Assembly: GCF_004010195.1 (NCBI RefSeq)
Contig: NC_057718.1
Span: 26,101,341-26,165,340 of the forward strand
DNA: 64,000 nucleotides
DNA from: Chiloscyllium plagiosum
Lineage: Eukaryota
Direction: 5' to 3'
In this document: positions 40,270 to 51,924 of the stretch, piece by piece
Position numbering within the stretch: position 1 is the stretch's first letter
Layout of the letters: every line of letters starts with the position of its first letter
Translations under genes and position numbers: made by a program
The notes under the pieces: generated by a model
Seen by the model: only the letters and a program-made list of their open reading frames with translations
Told to the model about the DNA's origin: nothing
The model's database searches: none

Positions 40270-41105
40270 GTAGGGTGGTTAAGAGGGCCTTTAGACAGAC
40301 TTAATGAATGTACAAGAACATGGCAGATAGAATATAATGTGGAAAAATGTGAGATTATCCACTTTAGTAAGAGGAACAGATGTTTAGGGTATTTCCTAAA
40401 GGGCAAGAGGTTGAAAAGTGGAGATGTACAAATTGACATGGGGATTTCCTTTTCAGGAAGTCATTGAAGGTTCATATGAAGGTGCAGCTAGCTTTTAGGA
40501 AGGCTCATGGGATATTAGCCTTTATTGCAAGAGGATTTCCGCTTCAATTGTAAAGCAGCTTGGTTACACCACACCTTGAGTACTGTATATTGTTTTTGTC
40601 AACATATCTCAGGAATAATATTGCCATAGAGAGAGAATGCAGTGAAGGTTCACCAACCTGGGTCCCAGGGTGTCAAGACTGTTCTATGAGGAGAGATTGG
40701 TCAAACTGGATCTGTATTCTGATTTCAAAGAATGAGAGGTGGTCTCCGACAAAAACCTACAAAATACTTAGAAGGATAGACAAGATAAGATGTTTCCTGT
40801 GGTTGAAGAGTCTAGAACCACAGGGCACAATTTATAAATAAAAGGGATGCCATTTACAACCAAGATTAGTAGCTTTTCCTTCACTTAGAGGGTTTTGAAT
40901 GTTTGGAATGCTCTGCTCCAAAGGACTCTGGAAGCTAAGTTTTTGTATACGTTAAAGATAGAGATTGATAAGATTTCTGATTACCAGTGGTGTCCAGGGT
41001 TATGGAGATGGACTAGTTCAATTACATTGAAGGGTTAATCAGCTATGACTGATGTAAATAGCAGAGCAGGCCCACTGGCCAGAATGGCCTATTTCTGTTC
41101 CAATA
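40270..41105 (+). mobile_element. CR1-type LINE 3' fragment
   Basis: WQIEYNVEKCEIIHF; LVTPHLEYC; 3' UTR GGCCAGAATGGCCTATTTCTGTTCC. Confidence 0.85.
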
Positions 41106-42013
41106 TTCACAATACAGTTTCATACAAAGGTGAGGGAAATCTTTTCCACAAAGCAGGTAGTTTGGGGCTGGAATGTGTTGCCTGGAGATGTAGTGGAGGA
41201 ACAAATGGATATAAGGAAAGAACGCCTTGAACTTAAGTGGGTAAGACATTGTCGATGTCTGTGTTTCATTGTGTTCTCCTCTGAAGATGGCAAGAAGACC
41301 TGAGTCACGATCTTGTAAACACATCTCAGACAGATGGCGGAGGACATGACAGACTATGTCCTTGTCATTTGGGAACTGCTGGAGACCAGGCCCACACTGA
41401 GCTCTGTGATGCCTCTGGAATCAGCCCTAAGAGGCAGGACAACATCTGGCAGTAAAGCTAGAGGCAATCTGCCGACTGAGCATAAAGTGGGGGAATCTGA
41501 GTAAGTCCTGACTGCTGTCACAGTTCTGGTGTGCAAGCACTTTGCTTTCTCTCTGGGACTGCAGCCGCCATGGAGAGTCAGTTTCACTCAGGGGCTGCAA
41601 ATTGGAGTCGAGAGCTGCAGTCCATGTTCTAACCACAGTGCAGCAGTGGCTGGTGGAAGAGGGATGAGATACCTCAAGCTTCCTCCAAGTGCCCTTCTCA
41701 TCATGGAAATAGGGAGGTGCCATTACAATGGAGAGGGGAATGCGAGCAAAGTGGCCTGGCAGTGCCATTTCAGACACTCCAAAGCATGTTCTCTCTGCTT
41801 TACAAGGGACCCATTCACCTCCAGTGAGTGTTGCTGAAGAGGATGTACTTGTACCTGCTCAGGAGACCAACAGCAGGCCAAGGTCCTATATGCCACAGAT
41901 CACCAGAAGGTGCCTGCCAAAATCATCTCAGACAAAAGGGCATATACCTTAGCAGAAAATGTGTTGCTGGAAAAGCGCAGCAGGTCAGGCAGCATCCAAG
42001 GAACTGGAGAATC

Positions 42014-42041
42014 GACGTTTCGGACATAAGCCCTTCTTCAG
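42014..42041 (-). ncRNA. Minimal hammerhead ribozyme motif
   Basis: CUGAAGA-A-GGGC-UUAU-GUCC-GAAA-CGUC (G-U wobble in stem II). Confidence 0.7.
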
Positions 42042-42391
42042 GAATGAGGAAAGTGTGTCCAGCAGGCTACTGGAGAAATCTGAGTTCATCCCTTGTGGTT
42101 GGAGGGTTCCCAGGCAGAAGATGAGGCGCTCTTCCTCCAACCGTCGTGTTGCCATGGTCTGGCGATGGAGGAGTCCAAGGACCTGCATGTCCTTGGTGGA
42201 GTGGGAGGGGGAGTTAAAGTGTTGGGCTACAGGGTGGTTGGGTTGGTTGGTCCGAGTGCCCCAGAGGTGTTCTCTGAAACGTTCCTCCCCCAAGTCCCTC
42301 CTCCCTACCTTTTATCTTAGCCCCTGCTCCCTCCCCCAAGTCCCTCCTCCCTATCTTTTATCTTAGCCTGCTGGATACACTTTCCTCATTC

Positions 42392-42419
42392 CTGAAGAAG
42401 GGCTTATGCTCGAAACGTT
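42392..42419 (+). ncRNA. Minimal hammerhead ribozyme motif
   Basis: CUGAAGA-A-GGGC-UUAU-GCUC-GAAA-CGUU. A 4-bp stem I (AUUC/GAAU) is possible. Confidence 0.7.
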
Positions 42420-42659
42420 GAATCTCCTGTTCCTTGGATGCTGCCTGACCTGCTGCGCTTTTCCAGCAACACATTTTCAGCTCTGATCTCCAGCATCTGC
42501 AGCCCTCACTTTCTCCCCATATACCTTAGCAGGCTGCTTCCACGTCAGCTGGGGCTACCAGGGTTGCACTTTAATGTCATTGTGGGATACAGAGATTGAT
42601 TAGACTGTAGTTACATAAACATGGCTCAGGCTGACTTTGAGACCTTTTCCATGCTATAG

Positions 42660-43005
42660 GGGTTTATAAAATCTTGAGAGGAATTGATAAGGAGAATAGC
42701 AAAGGTCTTTTCTCAATTGTCAGGGAGTTCAAACCAGAGGGCATATTTTTAAGATGTGAGGAGAAAGATTTAATCGGTGCCCGAGGGGCAGTGTTTTCAC
42801 ACAGAGGGTGGTTCATATATGCAATGAACTGCCAGAGGAGGTGGTAGTTACAGATACAGTGATAACATTTAAAAGACATTTGACAGGTCCATGAATAGGA
42901 AAGGTTTAAAAGCATATGGGCCAAATGCAGGCGAATGGGACTAATTTAGTTTGGGAATTTGGTCGCCATGGATGGTGAATATGTCTCCATGCTATATGAT
43001 TCGAT
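42660..43005 (+). mobile_element. CR1/HER1-type LINE 3' fragment
   Basis: GGTTTATAAAATCTTGAGAGG...TTTTCACACAGAGGGTGGTTC...GGGCCAAATGCAGG. Confidence 0.85.
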
Positions 43006-44323
43006 GATAATAAATGGTCATTACCTTGGCAACAGTTTGAACAGTTGCATGCACTTAGAGTGTTGCATGCTGTGGATGATGAGTGATGTGTGATGTAGCC
43101 TCATAAGGCGTGACATCACTGATCATCTTGCCACATGCAGGTTTCTACCTTGCATGGCATTTGTCAACGTGATGGTCGGAAGCTCAGCTGGCAATGCAGA
43201 TGGTTCCCACTTATAATCCTTTCAAGGTTGTTGTCAGAACAACATCTGTAACTGAGGCATTTCATATATCACAGGCATATGCATGATAGACGTCTCTGCA
43301 ATGCATTGCTAGCATTGGCAGAGTGTGTTATTGAAACATATGTGACTCCCTTCAAAATCCAAGTGCATGAGGCTTCCAAGACAGCATGGATATGGGCTTG
43401 CTCATGCCAAGGCCCTGCAGCAGTTTCCTTCTTGGGTTCAGAGTTGTGTGAATATATGTTGGTCTCAAGGTAATATTCTAGCCAGCTGGCACTGTTAGCA
43501 TGGCTTTTATCAGGAGAGATCAATGTTGGAGGATCTCATTATTGAAAGAATTTGATTGCATAGAGGCTGTCACTGGCCTATCACTGCATCAGTCCTGACA
43601 TCTGTACCTGTAGCCACATCATTTACTTCCTCATGAACATTAAATTCTTCCCTTTCCTCCAGCTCCTCCATCTTCCTTTCTGCAAATTCCTCACCTATTC
43701 CATTTTGTGAGGTTGTCAGGGTACTGCAGGTCGTAATGATCCTGGACAGTGTCTCAAGTGTGGCCCTCAGCAAAGCCTCACCGACAGCATTCTGATGGTC
43801 ATTTCTATTATTGAAGCATGGATGGCATTATTGCTCTCTTCTTCTTCGCTTTACAGCTTCTATACAGGTGGCATGAGCCAGATCTTTGCAGGTAGTTTCC
43901 CCATCTGTGCTATTTTCCATTGCGCATCAATGCTCGATGTTGTACTGGCCCCAGTTGCTAACATCCCAAGTTGCCTGTGGTTACTCATTGTTGCTGTTCA
44001 GGGCCACAAGTGGGCCTGTCACCTGGGCTACCATCTGCTAGTTCCTCTACAGCTATAATACAGTTAGCAGGAGCCCTGGGTACACTCGACTTGTCCTGTC
44101 TGCCTGAGGTAATCTGTGAACAAAAGTACACCTTTGGACTGGTCAGCACAGTCTTTGAGGAGCTGCCTCCTGTCCCAGGTTCATCAGATCAATGGGAAGC
44201 CCTACATTTATATGGAATAGACATTGTTTCCTGACATACCACTGTTGTTAATCCATCTTCGGGGTTCATTGTCAGGAGCCTTTCTTATTGACACATCCAT
44301 GTGCATGGACATTTGGGGAGGAA

Positions 44324-44617
44324 AGGTGGCTCAGTAGCAACTGTCTGTCTGGAGTTTGTACTTTCTCTTCGTGGGTTTCCTCTGAGTGCTCTGGTTTCCT
44401 GCCATGTTATGCAGATTAGGTGGATTGACCTTGCTAAATTGCCCATAGTGTCCAGGGATATGCAGGCTAGGTGGATAAACCATGGGAAAAGCAGGTTTAC
44501 AGGGATCGGGGGGGGGGGGTTGTGGTTACCCTGGGTGTGGATGGAATGTTCTTCAGAGAGTCGGTGTATACTCATTGGGCTGAATGGCCTGCTTCCACAC
44601 TGTAGGGATTGTATGAT
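44324..44617 (+). mobile_element. HE1-type SINE variant
   Basis: GGTGGCTCAGT...GGAGTTTGTACTTTCTC...GCTAAATTGCCCATAGTG...GAATGGCCTGCTTCCACACTGTAGGG. Confidence 0.8.
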
Positions 44618-46896
44618 TTGAACAATGACCATAGACATGGGAGACATGACCATGCACTTCCCTCAATCGTTCTTACCTTGCCGTTTGTGTCCTTAGACCA
44701 CTACCCTCTCACCTTTGACCAATTATCAATGCCCCTCTAATTTCTTCCCTGCAGCGCAGTGGAATTTCAGTCCCTTCCGCTTCCCTCAACCTGCAGGTCA
44801 TCATCCTCACCACTCTCTTTGATTGTCATTTTTTTTAATCAGTGACTCTCAGAACTTTGCCAATAACCTTCCCAGTGTAGCCCTCACCCTCCCACAATGA
44901 TCTTCCAACATTAGCCTTTCTTGTATATCCCAGCATCATCCCCCTCCACCCCTCCAAGACATCATAGTGCTGCAACCTACATCTCTCATTCCCTCACTCA
45001 TTGAGTGCTCTCCTCCCTTTATCAATGTCACAGGAATATTATGAATGAGGTTCCTGGGTCATTTATCCTAGGTTAAGCAATAAACATCGAGATGAGACCA
45101 CTGCATTGCAGATACCTTACCTATTCAAAACAAATCTCCTCCCATTTCAAATGAGCATACAATCAGAGGTACTATTCCTTGATATATTAACATATGATGC
45201 ATGTAGCTTTCTGAACTTGCTCATCCACCTTCTAACCTTCTGCTGTCACCCAAATGCTTCCATCATCACTTTTAACCAATCAAACTTACTATTTCTTCTT
45301 CCTCTGTTACCCGTGAATCTCTCCTCATTATTCAAGAGCATATAGTCATTACCTCATGCCATTTTGCCCTTGTGCCTATACCTGTGGCCATCCCAATACC
45401 CACTTTGTCCGAGAACCGCATTTGCAGGATCTATCTTACTTGGATTCCATGATCCACCCTATTCCACCTCCGATGCACAGCCATGGTTGTGGATCTGTCC
45501 CTCCCTCTGAATTCCAAACCTCCCTCAGACTGTGACTGTTCTATCTCCCACTCGGCAACTTTAAATCAACCCACAGGAACCCACCATTTAAAGCCACACC
45601 TATTGGCCATCTCTTCCCTGTCTGGGAAGCACAAGAGGACCAGCACACCAATGAAGCTAGGTGCTTCCCTCGTCTGGAGGTCCCTGAAACCACCTTTCTC
45701 CTCCCTCCCTTCTCCAGTTCTCTGTCGCTTCTATGTCTCCGCCTTGATAAGCTGTGCCCTGTACCTCTTGGTCTGCTGTCACCCGACATCAATCATTATC
45801 TCCAGTAATTTAACAAAGATCCAACTAGAGGAAAAAGCAGATTTTATTCAAACTAAGTCCGCCAAGAAGACTACGTTGCCTGCTCTACACCATGTTTCAG
45901 CAGTTATGAAATCAAAATCATCTCTTTCTCAATTATAAATTTCTTAATTGGAAAGATGCACTAGATTATGGCAAAGTCACCTTTTAATAAGCATCCATGA
46001 CATGCATGTATATTCAACAGCTCTTTTCAACTCTTGCTGTTGGGAACGTTGGACCATTTTTAATCAGCCAAGAAATTAATACCGTAGCTCTATCCTGTCA
46101 TTGGAAAGCTGACTTCTTGCCTCCCGCACAATTAATTTCCCCTGCCTGCCTTGCTTCCCACTTCTGGGAGCATCTCCCCTTTTGTTTCTGTTGCAAATTA
46201 CGTTTTGTGCAATTTTCTCTGCGAATTTTCCAGTTTCCTTATTTAGCTGGTATCTGTTTTTCATTTTTTTTGTGCTGTTGTCCAGCTAAAACATTAGCCT
46301 TTTTAGCATGTCAGAGCGGCAAGCTTTATTCTGTTCCCCGAGAGAATGTAATAATCAAAGGATAAGGCAAATGAAGTAATGACATTCCCTCTAAGACTTA
46401 AGGTATTAAATATTGCAAAAGCTGTATGCAAATGCTTCATTTTAATGCGATAGAACTTCACGATAATATGATTATTTGTATGAATTGCTTCTACTTGTCA
46501 ACTGTACAGCGATTTTGTCAGCAAGTCTTCGTTTCAATCTTTTCTCCCTATTGCTTCTCAGCTGGGTAAAGTGCAATGAGCATGTTACTGATAGCAACAC
46601 ATCCTGCCAACATTGTAAAAGGCTAAGAAGCACATTACGGGGAAGGCTAAGCAGAAAACATTGCGCATACTGTTCACTCAATTAATGAGCTTGGAATAAG
46701 TCATGACCATTAGGGCCAGTGAATATGCAGGATTAAAAATGGAACTGCACCATTGGTGCCCTGATACAGTGAAGCTTCTCTCTGCTATGAATAAGTAATG
46801 TATCATACAGCTTTTACAATATTTAGCACCAAATCTAAAAAGAAATATTAACAAGGCTCATGTTCTCTGAAACGTGCTATAACTGTTAGTATAGCT

Positions 46897-47030
46897 CTAT
46901 ATAAAACGTTTAGTCCCTCCTTTTGAGTTGCCTATTGATTCTGTTTCTGGATCTGCAGTAGAAGTCGGGCCATCATCAATATCAGCATCCTCGTTGTTAA
47001 GAGGCAAATGCTCATTAGTATTAGCAACGT
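46897..47030 (-). CDS. Candidate terminal coding exon of an unidentified gene
   Basis: Minus strand: pyrimidine-rich tract ending CACCTTTAG, then an open frame (x)VANTNEHLPLNNEDADIDDGPTSTADPETESIGNSKGGTKRFI* with stop at 46899-46897. Not recognised. Confidence 0.25.
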
Positions 47031-47675
47031 CTAAAGGTGACAAATGAGATATTCAAAGCTGTAGCTTTTGAAGCAAAAAGGCAAAGAAAAGTAAAGGATG
47101 TGGTGATGTTCACCTCATTCTGCAGGACCCTGGAAAGTTTCACATCTAATGGGTGCTTTTGGCCTGCATCCGATACATAAGCATGTTTACTCTGCACACA
47201 CAACACATTTGCAAAGAAATTATTATAAATGAAAGGTAGCTGGAGTTTACAAACGCATGCTTCAATGTCCCAATGTCCAGCAGACGTGAATCCTGTGCTT
47301 TAGTCTATCAGAGTGATACTGTTCCTTTCACTTTCTACTTGTATTTCACACAAAGAGAATGGCAAGTGATGACAGGGAACATGGCTCAACCTGGACACCA
47401 CCGGTCACCTGGTACTGCCTCTCTCCACTAAACCACCATGTTTCATTTTACTTCACTCCACCCTAACAGCCCATGTTCGCCAGTTCTAATTCCCCCCTCT
47501 GAGGTGGAGACCCACAGCATCAGCTTCTACTCTAACTGTACTTCCTGCCCCTTTAAACCCAACATTACACCTTAACAATGCCACCCTCCTCCTGTATTCT
47601 GCTGCTGCAGAAGCCATGTGATGGACATTGCCATTAACTCAGCAGGTCAGGCAGCATCCAAGGAACAGGAGAATC

Positions 47676-47703
47676 GACGTTTCGGGCATAAGCCCTTCTT
47701 CAG
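47676..47703 (-). ncRNA. Minimal hammerhead ribozyme motif (intact core)
   Basis: CUGAAGA-A-GGGC-UUAU-GCCC-GAAA-CGUC. Confidence 0.75.
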
Positions 47704-47773
47704 GAATGAGGAAAGTGTGTCCAGCAGGCTAAGATAAAAGGTATCTTAGCTGCTGGACACACTTTCCTCATTC

Positions 47774-47801
47774 CTGAAGAAGGGCTTATGCCCGAAACGT
47801 C
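47774..47801 (+). ncRNA. Minimal hammerhead ribozyme motif (intact core)
   Basis: CUGAAGA-A-GGGC-UUAU-GCCC-GAAA-CGUC; predicted cleavage after C47801. Confidence 0.75.
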
Positions 47802-48299
47802 GATTCTCCTGTTCCTTGGATGCTGCCTGACCTGCTGCGCTTTTCCAGCAACACATTTTCAGCTCTGATCTCCAGCATCTGCAGCCCTCACTTTCTCTCA
47901 AAGATTGCCATTAACTCCCCTCCTATAGTCTGCCATGCCCTCCGATGCTGTTCTGCACACAATCCATCATTTTAAGTTTCCCTATGTCACCATCCTTGTT
48001 CCCATCTCTAGAGAAGCTTTCCCTCCCTAATCCTGGTCTGGCCTACAGGATGGACCATTGCCCACTCCCCAGACTGCTGCCGTACAGAACCCCCAACCCT
48101 GACTAGCTCAATCAATGGCTACCATGGCCAAGACCCAAGCCTGTGTATGGACTGGGCCCCTAACTGATGGAACTGGGACCCCCTATTGACAATAGCCCCT
48201 GTCTACACTGCAGACTAGACCCACCCACTTTCCAATATAGCCATCTGGTTGAATAAACATGCGGTGTATTTGCAGTGTAAGCAGCTAATGCATGCTCTA

Positions 48300-49106
48300 G
48301 ATGTTAGCTTGTCATCTCAGTGTTCTATACAGCAAGGTACTCTCCCATCCCAGGACAGATCTTTACTGACCAGTAGCTAGTCTGTGTTTCTGCACTAAGT
48401 GGCAGTAGCCTGTGGCTCTGGCTGAAACACCAACATGCTAACAGGTATCGTACAGCAAGGCATGGAAGCTGTAAGCTTGCAGGTAGGAGCTGAATGAACA
48501 AGTAATCAGAGACAATTGAGCAGCCCTGAGATACAGCCTGCTCCAATCCAAGAACTGGCTGTCTCTTGCTGTGTGCAATATGTCCTTGCAGTGACCTTTC
48601 GATGCAAGTTGTCACAGAGCCTTGCAATGTAAATCTATGCTTCCCTGGCATCCTGCAAGTGGATCTGAGAAGTGTCCTGACGGTTGTGACAGTTTGGGTA
48701 ATCCAGATGCCATTGTCCATGGGTGTGTGCAGCTGGTGCCCATGGATTTTGCCTTGAGATGCTGTTTGGTGCTGAACAACACGGAGGTTCTTCGCAGACA
48801 GCAGTGAGCCAAGCTCACCAGGTACCCGCTCGGACTTCCATATTGAGAAATCCCAACTTCTGATTGTTTGGCAAGCTTGGTCAAGTTGGAAAATGAATAT
48901 TAATGACATCAAGTTGGAGAGATGATGAGGTGTTTGACAAGCTATTAGTTAGTAATTTGCTGCTGCCTAACAAGAAACTCACCATGCCACTTATGCAAAC
49001 TATAAAAGATAAAATATGCTAAGATCAGCCTGACTGGACTTCTCATCTAATTCTGCAGTAATCTCGCCATAACTTACATCCCTCAGAGCCCTATAGAATT
49101 CTGCCC
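48300..49106 (+). mobile_element. Possible degenerate Harbinger transposase remnant
   Basis: About 48680-48745: DSLGNPDAIVHGCVQLV weakly resembles the HARBI1-type HTH segment. The region ends in AGAATTCTGCCC, a TIR-like end. Confidence 0.25.
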
Positions 49107-51393
49107 TGAAAGCTGTTGGTGACCAAATTGCTGAACCCAGGCAACAATCTATGACTTGCAACATTCACCTATTCTCAGGCTGTTTTGCTCTCGTGGTCTT
49201 AGACTGTACTTGGATAAGGAAACTGAGACACTACCATCATCTGTAGCAATAACTTTGTTTGTGGTACTTGTCAGTGAATGTTGGAGACATTTGTCCCTCG
49301 CTAACACCTGTAGACATATTTAGAAAGTTCCTGGAGATCTCAAAGATCTTCCCAACCCCTTCACTGATCATTCTTGCTCCCTTCCCACCACAAGGGGATC
49401 TCTTCTATATTAATGACCTTGCTCTGCAATATGTATGTGTAATTGCAATAATAATGAAGATTCACACTTAAATATCAACTGTTGTGATTGATTTCAGCTG
49501 GCATCAAGTTACTTTACTGTTGACTAAATTGCAGAGAAAAATTCAACACTGTGTCTTCATGGGCTTCAATAAACAGCAAAGTGACTCAACACTTGCTACA
49601 AAGAATATTCTCACAATGCCAAAAACACTCATCGTTATGTTAATTTATCATAAAGGAACTCCAAGAAAGAGGCTGAAGGGTCGACCTGAGTGAGGAATTG
49701 CTTATCACGATAAATGTTTTGAATATTGCTGAGATATATTTTGTTAAACCTCTTTTTGTCTTGTACTTATCAGGATAATTTTCAAGAATACTAATTCTGG
49801 AGAACACCAATATTTATATTAAAAGGAAGGAAGGTGCTGGATGGCAAATGGACTATGATTGGCACCAGTCAATAATCTCCTGGGATGTAGCATAATGTTT
49901 GTATTCCTCTTGAATTGGTATTCAAATTGTCCTGTTGAGTGCTATGAACATATGAACTTTGACAAAATGTATCTTTATTGAGCAATATTTCAAGTTCTGT
50001 CCTACTAAACTATTTGATGTGTTTTCTTTGATCTGATTCAAGAATGCAAGAGCCATTAGGATTCTTTAGTTTGTGGCATTAGCAGATTTGATCTTCATGG
50101 AGAATTTAAAATTGCTGCTGAAATGAGAAGTATATTTACATACCAATATTAATTGAAGTTTTTTGTAGACAGCTTTAACAATGACAAGAATATGAAAGCT
50201 CTGTTTGAAATCACAACTAAGAATATGGACAAAAATGTCAATTGCGAAAGCAGAATGAACAATCATGTCATCTATCGTAAAAGATGATAGCTGTCACTTC
50301 AATCTGTGAGAAGTATTAATGACTTTAAAGAAGCTTCCAATGCTCTTGCTTTGCATTGTTGACTATGATTGAGATTCCTGGATACCTGCCTTAAATCAAT
50401 CTTCAGGATGATGCTTGCTATTATGCTGTTTTCCTATTCTTTCCACTTGTCAGTAAGCAGATTGAGATTTAAGTGTTCGGTTATTTGTTTAAAACATTGG
50501 GGGCTTTTTTCTTTCGCCCCACCCCCCCTCAATCCCTTGGGCTCTGACATTGTAAGAGTTTTTTTCAAATACTCTTAGATGCAGGGAAATCTTGCAATGC
50601 AAGCATGCTTGCAAACTGCAAGAAGGTATCAAATCAAAACAAATAACGAGGTTATTCAATTGGTAGCAACTTAAATAGAAAACACCCAGTGGATACCAGT
50701 TTGTCAATGTTCTTGCTTTTCGCGATGGAAACCAAAAGTCCTAAGTTGGAGATATGGAATTTGATTGGGTGTCCAACAGATGATGAGTTATAGGCAGCTA
50801 CCTCTCTTTAAATATTCCTTCATATATCTTCTGAGGAAATTTCATTTCTCCTTAAAAGTGATTTCCACTTTTCTGATTTGATGCAAGGACGTATTGTTTT
50901 AACTCGCAGAGTGCGCAAATAAAGGCAATAGCAGCTTTTTATTTATCGCACAAAGTTAGAGGTGTTAGTTTCCTCAGTACATATTGTATGGAACAATGCT
51001 GACCCGAAACTGTTAGCTATATCAAAATTGTATCGTGTTTGGGTTCAAAACTGTGGGAATCATGTGACCAAGTTTCTTTAAATTTTAGGTGCTGGGGATG
51101 GATAGGAGTTGGGGGAAGCAACAATTAACAGCAAGACAAAGACTCACATTGCAGATTAAAAATGTGACACCAAATCCATACATTGTGTGAGAAGAATATT
51201 AACACACTTTATAATAAGATAAGTGTAACTCGCAACTCTATTGTGTAGGTTTACTTTACCATTTCTATAAAAGCTTCTAACACAATAATTTAGCAGGTAA
51301 AAACAATGACTGCAGATGCTAGAAACCAGATTCTGGATTTGTGGTGCTGGAAGAGCACAGCAGTTCAGGCAGCATCCAAGGAGCAGCGAAATC

Positions 51394-51421
51394 GACATTT
51401 CGGGCAAAAGCCCTTCATCAG
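51394..51421 (-). ncRNA. Minimal hammerhead ribozyme motif
   Basis: CUGAUGA-A-GGGC-UUUU-GCCC-GAAA-UGUC. Confidence 0.65.
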
Positions 51422-51462
51422 GAATAAAGGCAGAGAGTCTGAAGCGTGGAGAGATAAGCTCG

Positions 51463-51924
51463 NNNNNNNNNNNNNNNNNNNNNNNNNNNNNNNNNNNNNN
51501 NNNNNNNNNNNNNNNNNNNNNNNNNNNNNNNNNNNNNNNNNNNNNNNNNNNNNNNNNNNNNNNNNNNNNNNNNNNNNNNNNNNNNNNNNNNNNNNNNNNN
51601 NNNNNNNNNNNNNNNNNNNNNNNNNNNNNNNNNNNNNNNNNNNNNNNNNNNNNNNNNNNNNNNNNNNNNNNNNNNNNNNNNNNNNNNNNNNNNNNNNNNN
51701 NNNNNNNNNNNNNNNNNNNNNNNNNNNNNNNNNNNNNNNNNNNNNNNNNNNNNNNNNNNNNNNNNNNNNNNNNNNNNNNNNNNNNNNNNNNNNNNNNNNN
51801 NNNNNNNNNNNNNNNNNNNNNNNNNNNNNNNNNNNNNNNNNNNNNNNNNNNNNNNNNNNNNNNNNNNNNNNNNNNNNNNNNNNNNNNNNNNNNNNNNNNN
51901 NNNNNNNNNNNNNNNNNNNNNNNN
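51463..51924. other. Assembly gap (462 N)
   Basis: Run of n characters. Confidence 1.

Larger units (their letters stand above)
41956..42517. mobile_element. Penelope-like element: GIY-YIG C-terminal fragment with inverted terminal repeats
   Basis: ORF 41985..42293(-) ERFREHLWGT...VAQHFNSPSH...RRLEEERLIFCLGTLQPQGMNSDF. TSD CATATACCTTAGCAG at 41941-41955 and 42518-42532. Confidence 0.93.
47641..47903. mobile_element. Young miniature Penelope-like palindromic insertion
   Basis: Arms 47641-47736 and 47742-47836 are near-perfect inverted repeats (5-nt loop). TSD ATTGCCATTAACTC at 47627-47640 and 47904-47917. Confidence 0.92.

Noticed and set aside
48325..48912. 195-aa ORF as a host gene
   Set aside because: No recognisable domain, non-ATG start, and it overlaps probable transposon debris.
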